Positions 52,153 through 64,000 of a stretch of 64,000 nucleotides of DNA are shown here, in pieces. The stretch's first letter is position 1. Each line of letters begins with the position of its first letter. Below the pieces are notes generated by a model. It searched no databases and was not told the DNA's origin. It worked only from the letters and a program-made list of their open reading frames with translations. The DNA comes from Antedon mediterranea (lineage: Eukaryota > Animalia > Echinodermata), in contig NC_092671.1 of NCBI RefSeq assembly GCF_964355755.1, positions 33,800,304 to 33,864,303 on the forward strand, read 5' to 3'. The position numbers and the translations under genes are program-made.

Positions 52153-55100
52153 CAGCACTATCAGGAGAGTCTTTTATAGCGATATTTTTTGCTTTTTGAC
52201 AATCCGCCAGGATAGTGTTCTGCGCTTTTTCTCTGCTTGTTGTTGTTCTATGTAATATATGCTTTTTGTATTGTTTTTGTATTATTTTTTCTGGATAATA
52301 AATGAATATGAATATGAATATGAATAGCAAATGTTCATAATATCATGCTAAAACCAAATAATATAATACAAAACGTAAATAGTGTGTTACACTTTTCACA
52401 TAATATATTAGAAATATATAAAATATAAAATATTTTGCTACATTAATGTTTAAGACCATACACTTTTATTATATTTAGAATGAAACACGCAAGCAGTCTG
52501 TATATTTTTTTATTTATTTTTCAACAATGAGTAAACACAACAAAAGCATTAACCTTTATAATTTACGATATATTCACGTTATACCTTGTCTTCCGATACG
52601 AATCTGTTAGTGACAATGATAACATGAAAAAGTATATAATAATTTAGACTTGTATCTCATTGCCTTGCAATAATCAGTTAATATATATCTAGTGACAGCT
52701 GCAGACTCCGATTCCAATTGTTGAATAGTATTGAACGCATACATCGAGAAGTTAACACTAAAATAATACAATAATGTTATAGAAGAAGAAGAAGAATTAG
52801 TAAGTGCCTTGTTTCGGTAGTTAATTCATGTGAAGTTTGTGAAGTAAGGGCTATGACGTAATACTATTGACAGCAACCATTAACACATCTTCTACCATGA
52901 CAACCGGCTTCTGAATTGCAGGCGTGACAGATGATAGTATCCGGTGGTACTAAACATAAACATTATTAATACGTTATCTATGATATATCATGGAATTATA
53001 ATAGATGGGTGTGGAGTAAAGGTGTGTTAAACCATTATCGCCAATACATGAAATCACTCACGTAAAATACAACACACTCATACTGTAGTACGTTACAAAT
53101 ATAATTATTTGTAATTATCAACATTATTAATGTCACAGACGATATATCAAAAAAGGAAGGAAAGAGAGTAAGATCAACATAATAAATAAAAGGAGAAATT
53201 AAACAAGTCTGTATTTTTGGGTTTTGGGTATGGGTTTTGTAATTAGTTCGATTCAGTCTGTCAATGTAAATATAAACATTCCAAAAAAGTGGCACATTTG
53301 TCTTTTTTTTTTACCCAGTTAGTTATACGGAAACATTAAGTGTATACAATTAATCATAATAAGCTTATAATAAAGAATGTCCTCATAATAATTGAATACT
53401 ACCCGTGGTTCTTACCTTGCTCTCCAGATGATTCTTCGAAGTCTATATAAAAAAAAAACGCCCATACAATTTTACATTACTTTTACTGTAACATATTTCG
53501 TATAAATTTTCATTTATATATTAGAAGATAATAATGAATAATAACTTTGAAATATAAATTATAGGTCGAAACAAGTTTGTTCTTGCACAGCAAACTATTA
53601 GCCATTATCGGACCGAGTTTTTGGTTTTAGCTATCCGGCAAAACCTCTGGTCTAATAGCCACAGGTCCAGTGCGCATATTTTCCGTACTCGTGTGCGGAT
53701 ATAATTGCACCCATATTGCAAAGTGCAAGTCAGTGGTGCGAGAAGATTTAAATGTTCGTAAACAATTATTTTAAGCGGCGGATCGAGCTACTCGAGGAAG
53801 AAGATGCAATTCGTGCCGAATAAGTTAGTATAGAAACGCTTTTCATTGAATAACAAAATACCTCCCATTGACTATGTCGATTGCAATCCTCGCATCATAC
53901 AATAATTGATTTAATCTTGGCCTAGGTCGTCTTAGGCCACTTTTTTGTAGATAAACTATAAATAAATACTATAAGTAATATTTCTGTGCAGAATATAAAT
54001 ATCTGCTAAAACGCAGCATTCACTTTTAGTTAAGGAATTTAATGGCAACAGATTTATATAAAAGTTTTATATGGATTTATTGTCAAATAATCATTTAGTA
54101 TTGTATTACTGCACATTAATGACTATATTAATGTATAATACCCGATTTCTTGACTTTACTGTACCTTTTTCGAAAACTGAAAAAAGAAAGAAAAACAAAG
54201 TTAAATTATTTTGATTGTAAACTATTTCCCATCTTTTTCGACTTCTAAATTGACGTTTCAGAAACATTTATGTATAGGCTTTGTTGTATCATATTACACA
54301 TTTTATGTAAATACGAGAACGTGATTTTTCAAAATGGCAACACGTAACTAGCCGATTATCCAAAATGTTAAAATTGTTATAATATTACACCTCTATGCAA
54401 TATCTGTATAATAAATGATGTACAAAAATAGTTTAAACTGTGATGTGGATGTATAACAGCTGTAAACCAGTGTAATTATGCATAAAATAAAAAGTTATTT
54501 ATAAGCAAATATTACCACCAATAGTCTATGTCCTAGACGGATATTTTGGTAAACATGGCGTATCATACCTATACGGGAATATTTCTCGTTACAACAAATA
54601 ATAAATATGTTCGGAACTCTAAAAACGTTAAAAAACAATAACTACAGATAGGGCCGTGTTTCCTCAGCCAAAAATGAACCGTTAATTAACCGATACAAAT
54701 TAACTGATAATTAACCGATGACATTCTTGTGAAAACGGGGTTAACCTATTCCGCTCGAGAAAAATTAACCGATAATATTTCATTCAAACCAGATAATTAT
54801 CGGATAAATGTGTTAACCTTTGACCTGAAGGACAAATTGTGGCGTTGTGATCGGTCACTTGGTTATTCAGTAATGTTTGATCATGCGCGCTATATTTATT
54901 TTAATTAATATCTGATTGGTTAAAAAATTAACCGATCACTTTGTTATGGCTGGGGAGAAACACGGCATAAATTATTGGAAAATCTGAAAACCTACTTTTG
55001 TCGGTATTCGCATCTACAGAAATTAGTACCATAGCGACAACAAGGAGAACAGCAATTGTAATCTTCATGTTTCTAAAATAAACAAAAACAAGTTTTACTT

Positions 55101-58100
55101 TTGTATGAACAAGAACATAAATCAGATTATGATGAACAGTAATCTACTGTAGAGTCGAGTTGAGTATTATACAAGTAATGAATGTTTGTGTGTGTAATGG
55201 TACAAATAATGGCATTTGGTGAATGAGGAAAGGTTATATATCAACTCGTCTTCGCCTCGTTGATATATAACCTTTAATCATTCACCAAATGCCATCATTT
55301 GTACCATTCAACGAATATAAAAACATTTATTATTTCTTTTATATAACATCTAATAGATTCCTGTCATTTTAATTAAATAAAAGGTAGGCCTAGAAACGTT
55401 TATTTTAAGTAATTTAACATGCTATAAATACTTCATTCACTACAGGTATTGTACCTACCCAATAAAAAATCGCAAAAGTTATTCCAGTTTTTAAAAATGG
55501 AAACCCTATCAATAATTATATACCTATTTACATTTTTCGAAAACAATAAACTTTTGGTAAGCTCATTTCTTGACTTATCTAAAGCGTTTGATGTGACGAA
55601 TCATTTAATATTACTAGATAAACTCTATGGCATTAGAGGCATTGCACTTGAATGGTTTAAGATTTATTTTAGTGAATACATGAACATCTAAATTGGACAG
55701 GTCATCAAAATTATATAGCAAATACGATTTGCAATAGTATTGATGTAATAAATAAACTCCCTCACAATAGTTTAATACAACTTTATAACACACTTGTACT
55801 CCCCCACCTACCATCTTGATAACGTTTATTATTTCTAAACCAGAATCTAAGGCAAAATATTATGTTAAAATGTATGTTAAATAAAATATATATATATTTA
55901 TATAATATATACAATATTTTTTCAGATTACGCCATTATTAGTAGGCCTAGGAGCAGTAATATCGTCCGTTACAAACGGGCCTTAAGAAAATGGTGATACT
56001 TACCGTGTGTTCGAGCCAACGAATTCAGTGGAATGAAGCTTAGTTTGTTTATGAAACAGTATAATTGTTTTTCAGATAGGAAGAGTTTTTTTTTATTATA
56101 CACACCTAATTTCCGAAAACAATTTGCCAAGCCTTTATGTATAGCTGTACTTTTAAAATTTCCATCATAGTTTATGAAATACTGTAATCTTTGTCATCAC
56201 ATTATAGCCTACGTATTATAATTAAATAAAGAAAATGATGAAAACGATGCGAAGCTTGTGATAAATCAAAAATATTCAAATTTCGAACAAAAACGGACAC
56301 TAAATATCATAGGTAGTTTTCGCACGAGCAATTTAACGGATGGCGTCAACATTCTACTCATTTGCATATTAGCGTACTTCAGTCTTTTTTATTTCGCTTA
56401 ATTAAAAACATAAATTCAAATTGAAAATTTGTTTTCTTAATCATATTGCAAGAATTTAATTATTCTTTTTTTGTTTTTCGTAATGCCTGCGCACGCGCAG
56501 ATCGATTTAAAGTGGTGGGAGATTGTACGTTGCATTTTGGAAATAGCGTTAAAGTTAACGTTTACGTGCTAGTAACTCGTAACTCCCTCTTTATTAATCT
56601 TCTAAAGTAAACGGCTTCCATCTGAAATCAATTTCGAATCAATGGGAATTCAAAAAGGATTCTCGAATTTTGGGACCACATGGTAGAAAAGTTATAGACG
56701 GAGGACACTATGATGTATAACTTTATCAGAATCAGAAAACACTGACCGTGCTATAGAATCATTTACTAGAACATTATATAGAACTTGTACCATGTAATAG
56801 CACAATTATTGAACGACACGTGGTACAAACTTAATCCATCACATTATAAGGATACACGTCACTGTCAGGGGTGGATTGCTATAAAACAGTCTTAACTGGT
56901 GGTCTTAACTCCCCGATTAAAGCCGGCTTTATCAGATAGACGGTCTTATTAAAGTCTCTCCTGATAGACCATTGCTATAAAACAGTCTTGGATAAGACCA
57001 CGTAAAGTAACAAATTGAGGGCGTACTTTGCGCGTAGAATACCAAATAAGTTAATGTTCGTCACGCTTGTTCAATTCACAATCATAAACAGTACGTACAT
57101 TTCTACGCGAGAAAATCCATTCTAGGCCTATATAAGAATAAAATCACCGTAATTTTTTGATTTAACACTTAAAACTCGTTCAATTGGTTGTCTTTGACGA
57201 TACATATACGTAAAAGCAACAAAAAGAGAGGTTTAAGACTGTTTTAAGACTCGAGTAGGCTTTAATTTTAAAGACCGTTTACAGGTTAGACCGCGGCATA
57301 GCAATGGTCTATAAATAAAGACTACTTGCTACGTCACGAATTATAGCCGGCTAAGCGCTAAGACCGTTTATAGACCGCTTATAGCAATCCGCCCCAGGTG
57401 TGTTATAACTGGTCATGTAATACATAAGATGATGGTAACTTAATGTACGCTAATAGTCAGCTAAATGTTTACACAAACATGTTTGAACTGTGTTCGCCTA
57501 TCTCATAATTAAACATAATGTGTATGTAGATGATGGCGTATTACGTTGATTGCTATTTGTTATTAGTAATTAGACTGTTCCCTTAAAATTAATGATCCAC
57601 TGTGGTTTGTTGAGCATTTTCTAATGCCAATATTATATCATGTAAGTCATGTATATTTTGCAGAAGTCATTAGAAAAAAAATAAACACACCTAATTTCCG
57701 AATAATATTTATGATGAAGTGCTTAAAATTTTAAATAAGATTTGTAAAAGAGCATAATTATATGTGCCCACAGATGGTTCTCGAATACGCAGTAATTTCA
57801 GCGTAAACAAAAATGTTTTTTTTTAATGTACGTAGGCCTACCGCAGGAGTGTACCGTACTATAATAGTTATTGTCGTTTACAAAAACGAATAAATACACA
57901 CGATGATTTGTGTAGTCAACTAAAATTAGCACCATGGGAATTACTTCCGAAAGTTGTCACAAAATGAGTCAACATTTTTGATTTGGACTCATTTAAACAA
58001 ACCCAATTTGTGTTTTGTGTTTAACATTAGGGTTGAGGGATAGGGAAGAGGATATTGGTACAAAGAAGAACAATTTTTAAATATATTTTTTATCTACTCA

Positions 58101-59839
58101 GTAACGAATCTTTTTCATGTTTTATAGGCCTATAATTAATATACCACTTGATACAGTAACACATTTGCGATATAATACTTTGTTAAAACTGTCACTGTCA
58201 TAGTAGATTGAAATAGCATAGCACATGTAACGATACACCACTACAACGTTTATATTTTTGTAATTATTAATTAATACAAACGTTGAGAAGCACCTGTTAG
58301 TAATACATTTTATTTGTATATTGTGCGTTTATATATCTAACAGTAGGGCCTACTCACACTAACACAAATACGTTTATTTATACATGTGTGTTATATCTAA
58401 CAGTAGCCTACCGAAAAATTTCGATTAAAATGGCGACCTAAAATGTTTAATACGTATTTATACAGTAATGTCCAAGTATTGCAATACTATATCTATATAG
58501 ATTTTAGGTTAATTCCCCAATGGCCAATACATTTACCGACAGCTGGTGGTACTTGTGTTAAACGAAATAGTTATATTGGAATGTTCCATTCATCGGAAAT
58601 CAATACATTTGTATAAACGTATATTAAATCTATCAAATTAGTATTTTTTTAAAGAAAATCGGCCAGTCTTCAACATTATGATGCTGTACTCGAGCTGTTT
58701 AACCGGTTTCAGCTATTAAAAACAATTATTGTAGGAGGAGATAGGCAAATTCGAAGCATCCTCGTATTATTGTGTGTGGGTGTGGAACCAAGCAGATTTG
58801 GGTTTCTATATAATTATATAATAAGTTGATAGTGCGTATGATTTATGTAACTTACTTTCAACGTGTATACCCTTCGGAGGTCCTGCAACAAAGATCAGAA
58901 GGGCATGAACGGTTTATAATTATTTATTCAAATTTAGATTTGCTAGTTCATCATATTATTGACAATTTTTCCATAACAGTGGTTTGGTTAGATTTTCACG
59001 TCGATTAAGTGTCCACTGCTACCCTACTACGTCATATTAATGATATGTGCATGCACTAGGCGACTGGTACGTCGACTGGCAAATTTGAGCGCTTGTTCAG
59101 TGACATTTTGACGTTCTCTCTGGACACGAGTACCAATGGATGTATGACGTCATAACACTGAAAAAGTTTATCCAAAAACCGTGGCCGAGAATCTCACGAT
59201 GGTTTTCTGATTTTCAGCCAAATATATTTGCAAACTGTGAATTATTGATTTGTATTGGTTAATTTAAATAAAGCTTTTAATATACAGGTTATAGCCTTAA
59301 CATCTAAAAGTCCCTATTATTACTGTGGTCCAGAATTGACGGATTTTTTTTTTTTGCAATTGGTTGCAATGCAAAACATAGACGACAGTATTAATTTTTT
59401 TGATATTAGTTATTGATATATTTAAGGTAGACTTTTAGCAATTGTGGCATAAGATACGTCATAAATGCTGATTTAAAAGATGATGCAATTAATTAATGTT
59501 CGGACGTGGACCAAAGGGGCAGTTATTGTATTAATTTAGTATCAAAATTGAGATCTAGGCCTAATGGACATCATTAGGCCTAGAATAGTCGCTCTTCTTG
59601 ATCAATAAGAAGCTCCAACTTTTAGATTAAAAAAAAGTGTAAAGAATGTGAAATATGGATAGTACCGTAATGTCTTAAACTAAAAAATAATAATTTAAAA
59701 TCTTTCTAGATTTGTAAACAAAATGTGTACAATAATGTACTGTAAATGTTTTTCTTGGTGGGATGATGTAATATTCTTTTACCGAATGTGAGATCATAAG
59801 CTTAATGCAGCAATACTTTACTTACAATTTACTTGACAT
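52153..59839 (-). CDS. Secreted-precursor gene A (microexon family); exons 59839-59826, 55072-54996, 53442-53416, 52603-52585, 52247-52153; 3' end not found
   Basis: Splices in frame to [77 protein letters not shown](G). All splice sites are AG/GT, the signal peptide ends VDA, and there is an RxxR site. Confidence 0.68.
54652..54967. mobile_element. Harbinger/Tourist-like MITE
   Basis: TIR gccgtgtttc/gaaacacggc with internal ttaaccg repeats; flanked by TAG and TAA. Confidence 0.55.
55490..55680 (+). pseudogene. LINE RT fragment
   Basis: [35 protein letters not shown]. Confidence 0.75.
56869..57394. mobile_element. Harbinger-type MITE with CAG target duplication
   Basis: CAG|gggtggattgctataa...ttatagcaatccgccc|CAG. 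Confidence 0.75.
57760..58765 (-). mobile_element. Truncated Helitron copy related to 24992-26159
   Basis: Reverse-complement similarity to 25270-26120. Confidence 0.75.
58856..58882 (-). other. Orphan 27-nt microexon homologous to 7770-7796
   Basis: ttgcag|GACCTCCGAAGGGTATACACGTTGAAA|gtaagt; the flanks resemble 8151-8184 and 7911-7930. Confidence 0.5.
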
Positions 59840-60914
59840 GGTAATATAATACCGCCAATAGCCAATACTACAGTTGAAGAGAACGATTGATTTATATCAA
59901 ATAAACTAAAGCATCAACTCGTGTAATACTAACTGTGAATGGTCAATTACTCTATACTAGATTGAAAGTACCTAGAGAAAATTGGGATTGTTCACTGTAG
60001 GGATTCAGAATTTGAAAATTATGATAATATAATGATGTTGATAATAGTTTTAGAGTAATGGCTGAGTAATGAGTAATTTAACAATAATAGTAATAATAAA
60101 TAATCTTTAATCGAAAATCAACTTAGTTTTTTAATCAGCGATCATATTATTTTTCCTTTTAAATATGGGCCTATTATTAATAAACAATACAAAACAAATT
60201 ATTTTTCGGCTGCAGCTGAGGCTCTGTTTGGTACAAAGCTTCAATCAAAATTGTTGACACACATGATTTAGCTCAACTAACGCTTTTTTTACCCGAATCC
60301 ATAAAATGTCTATATCGTTTTCTAGTTCATATAACGCTATTACTCTTGTTAACCAAACCATTACCATAAATCATTATCAGGCATTTGTGTTCTCCATTGT
60401 AGACAATTCTACCAAAGTTGTTATATTAACAGTAACAAGACCATACCAAATAAAGGTTAAACATCTGGAGATGTTCACTTCATTTATTTATTAATTTATT
60501 TTTAACAACAAGATAGAAAGGATAACATTTAAATTAACTGCTATCAATAATAATTAATCAGTAGTATTATTGGTTTTTATTTATACGATATAACAATATT
60601 AAAAATATCACAAAAACAACGCCGTAAACTTATTGTTTCCTTTTAAAATCATTAACAGATAATTCTGCCAAAGACAATACCATTTTAAAAATCTTAAACA
60701 TGTGGATATATTCACTTCATTAATTCATATATATTTAATAACACACAGAAAGGATAACATTTGCATTAATATTAATATTCATACTAATCTAATGTGTAAA
60801 CAATTAAATATGTAGTTGTATTTGTTTTTTTATAGTAGGCATAACAAGATTAATTTATAACGTATTTTAGTATTTTTTTAAATAGCTGTTATTGAGATGC
60901 TGTGAAAGTTTCAA

Positions 60915-62391
60915 TCTATATATAAATTATGGTTAACATTAGTTTTCACGTCGACGCTATTGTTCCATATTTCTATCTTAGGAAGATATTATAAAGGGTT
61001 TTATAAGAAATTTTCTGATTTCAATCGGCAAATTTTAACTCTACGCGCGGTAGAAGTAATTTCCGGGTTCACGGCAATGTGTTGGTTTCAACCAGGGAGT
61101 TGTAAAACAACTACCTGTTTCAACTAAGTTGGCCGTTGGTGCTTTGGTGGCGATAGCCATTTTGTTTTTTTGTTTATTTTCGGACCGCGCGTGTGAAGGT
61201 ATATAATACCCCTTTCACACCAAAACTCCGGAGTGTCTCTGGAGACACCCCGGGGTTTATGACCATTCAAAACGTCGAGAAACTCGGGAGATACCCCTTT
61301 CACACCAACCTAGCAACACCGGGGTTTATAAAATAAAATTGTAAATGTCGCCCTGTATGATCATTAGAATAATTTTAATTAATAATATTTTAAATTTAAT
61401 AATTTCTTTCAAAAGTCTCAGAAGTAATATAATGTTATATTTATACTACTTATTATTTTCTAGACCCGCTATATATTTTTTACAAATATTATAGTGTTTT
61501 AAAATAAAACTAAAATAATTGATTGCGAGGATAACCTTTTGACCCGAAACACTCCGGAGTTTGATGTTGGTACATTTCACACCAAAACACCGGGGTGTCC
61601 CCGCAGTTCGCTCTCCGGAGAATGTTCAGCTGTTCAACCTCGCAGTTTTAAACTCCGGAGTTGCTTGATTTTACCTTTCACACCAAACAGCGGGTCGTCA
61701 ACTCCGGGGTGTCTCCGGAGTGTCTCCGGAGTTTTGCTTTTGGTGTGAAAGGGGTATAATAGTAGTACATAAACCCCGATAGCCGAGTTGTTGAGTAAGC
61801 TGCCAAGACTTTATGTATACTGTGCGCTATCTGTGTCCCGCCAGGACCCTGGGATACTTCTGCCCATGTTGCAAGCCGTCTAAAACGTCTTTCTTCTTAG
61901 GCCACTGTGTCGCGGAATAATGTATTAATTATACCAATTAGGATGGTATTTATTTGAATAAACGCCCGGAACACCTCCCCAATAAAACATCAATTAAAAT
62001 AATTATCTCGCTACTCAACCCCACCCCAAATACATCTAATAAACGCCCATCCACAATATTATATTTATAACACAATTATACTATTTTTAGTAGATTTCTT
62101 CGGACGGTTATCTACAATTTACCAAGCATTTGTTATTCTTTTTTACCACTGTTCATATCTACAATAAACACTTATACGCCTAAAACGCTATTAATCATCT
62201 AAGACACTTAGGTTAGTGAGTACGTTTAGTTTTACGAATATCAAAAGCATTTAAATAATGGTAACCGACCGAAATTGTCCAGGCCAGAATGTCCTTCTAA
62301 AACTGTTTACGTCCCGAGTCATTATCATTCCGAGAACCATCGTCTACACTTCCTAGAGGGGAAGCGAGCGAAGCGAGCTCACACCCTCTAG
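60915..62391 (+). mobile_element. Non-autonomous Helitron containing a MITE
   Basis: A|TCTATATATAAATTATGGTT start (same as the 13784-16518 element) and a 3' hairpin with gcgagcgaagcgagc followed by CTAG|T. Confidence 0.7.
61207..61756. mobile_element. Harbinger/Tourist-like MITE (550 bp)
   Basis: TAA|tacccctttcacacca...tggtgtgaaaggggta|TAA with internal ctccggag repeats. Confidence 0.85.
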
Positions 62392-62921
62392 TACACTATA
62401 ATTACTCTATTAACAAATATTGTGTATACAATTAACACAATCAAATATTATTATTGTCAGTTCTTTTTGTGTGAAAATCAAATTACCAGTTTCATACAAC
62501 GTGTGGTACCAGAAAAAAAATTATTATAAATATATATAATTATATATCTATAATAATAAGAAAACTATCACAACACATCAATATTGGTTATTGAATTGAA
62601 TTTATCACTGATATGTCTGTTCGGGTCAAATTCAGAGTACCATTAATTATTAACTGCCATTGTCTTGTCAAATTGCTCTGGTATTGTAAAAGACAACGAA
62701 ATAATCTGTCCAGCTTTATTTATGTTTATCTATTTTGTAATTTGAATCAATAATAATTGTTTTGCGTGTTAATTTACAGGCATAGAAAAAAACTCTACAG
62801 AGATTTAAATTAAAATTCTTTATTACAAGGTAAGCATTGTTGAATTGACATAAGTGATATGTACTAGATATTATTAATTAACTGTTATACATTCAAATTA
62901 ATAAAATAATAACAGGCTATA

Positions 62922-63402
62922 TGTTATGTTAACAACAGTCTGTAATGAACTGCTTGTTGTAATAAATTACCATTCCCTAACATATAGAGTAACATAGTAT
63001 TTACATGAACATTCTAGAATTAGATGTTTTGATTTAAGAAACCATGTATAATTAATAAGAACAATCAAGAACATTCCAGAAGTGCTATTAATAGAAACTG
63101 TAATCATGTAATAATGAGAAGTATAAAGAATGATCTAGAAGGATAGGAGCATCTTGTATATAAGGGATGTAAACTATTGTAAGGTTGATGGATTAGAGGT
63201 TGGATATCATATTGTAAAGTCATTGTGAAGCTGTTGTTTAAAGTGCTTACTGGATTGTTAAAAGTTGAAGTTGATTGAAATTAAAGCTTTGTTTTTGAGT
63301 TATTTTACAACTTTGTGGATTGTGTGTATACTTTTATGTCACAAGGAAGTTCCTAAAGTATTTTCAACCGCTCGGAAACATACGTGAGAGGAGTTCGTGA
63401 CA
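62922..63402 (+). repeat. 5' LTR of a second LTR retrotransposon (5' boundary approximate)
   Basis: TGTTATG...CGTGACA with a TATAA near 63158 and ATTAAA near 63280, followed by the PBS. Confidence 0.7.
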
Positions 63403-63407
63403 TAATT

Positions 63408-63420
63408 TGGTGGCAGCGGT
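63408..63420 (+). promoter_or_regulatory. Primer-binding site complementary to the tRNA-Leu 3' end
   Basis: TGGTGGCAGCGGT is the reverse complement of ACCGCTGCCA-CCA. Confidence 0.85.
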
Positions 63421-63734
63421 TATTTCGATCTACTGTTCGACTTAACTGTGTATTTATCTACGGTTGTGATATTTTGTGGTAGCAGTTTGATCTACTGTAT
63501 TTTGCCATAGATTGGTGGCTGTTTTAGCATCAACTGTACTTTATTGATATTTTGTGAAAGCGGTACTTACGATACTGTGATATTTTACGGAAGCCGCGGT
63601 GCTACGTTTTGTTTAATCGTAAGTACACAAACATTGTTTTAAGAACACTACATTATTTATTTGGAACAGTAGACTTGTGAACGTCTCGGTAACTACGATT
63701 AACTAGTAACAAGACCCTCATCCAGATTTAAAAT

Positions 63735-64000
63735 ATGGCTGATAAACAATCAACAACAAGATCCGGTAGAGAATACAGCGGCGGCGATGAATCTGATTCT
63801 GAGGTAGAATCGGTTCAGTCATTACAACCTGAACAACAGGCAGAAGAGTCTGGACCAACCAGTGGACATAACCCTACAGGGGCTTACTCATCTTCAAAAA
63901 ATGTTTGGTTGTTGATGCAGCAGAACCTTATGATGCAGCAGCAAATGCAGCAAAAACTGCAACAGCAGAATCTTATGATGCGGCAGATGATAGAACATTT
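63735..64000 (+). CDS. gag: gag N-terminus (runs off the window end)
   Basis: MADKQSTTRSGREYSGGDESDSE...LMQQNLMMQQQMQQKLQQQNLMMRQM: an open frame downstream of the PBS with a TRSG motif and Q/M-rich coil. Confidence 0.75.
   Translation, partial: MADKQSTTRSGREYSGGDESDSEVESVQSLQPEQQAEESGPTSGHNPTGAYSSSKNVWLLMQQNLMMQQQMQQKLQQQNLMMRQMIEH

Noticed and set aside
62780-62829. Plus-strand exon-like segment (tttacag...caag|gtaagc)
   Set aside because: Stops in all three frames and no partner exons found.

Overview
AT-rich eukaryotic (invertebrate-type, possibly echinoderm; inference) DNA made mostly of nested transposable elements. These are: the 3' half of a Gypsy LTR retrotransposon (RT-RNaseH-integrase, PPT, 657-bp LTR); the 5' end of a second LTR element (tRNA-Leu PBS, gag start); a PIF/Harbinger element with transposase and MADF-BESS genes; an Academ-in-Academ-in-LINE nest with a SINE; Helitrons, Helentron/DINE-1-like HINEs and MITEs; LINE and Penelope relics; and a 5.7-kb foldback palindrome. 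Hidden between them, and absent from the ORF track, is a minus-strand cluster of related, microexon-built genes for small secreted precursors. Two of them start with a 14-nt exon (M-x-x-K-L) followed by a signal-peptide exon and short exons, some with furin-type sites. A third set of exons is amplified as a ~1.9-kb tandem array. Comparing duplicated segments also shows recurrent TA-flanked 5-7 bp insertions (TACAGTA, TAGGCCTA, TACCGGTA) that look like transposon excision footprints and may build the TAGGCCTA-rich patches. All gene models were assembled by eye from splice signals and are unverified.
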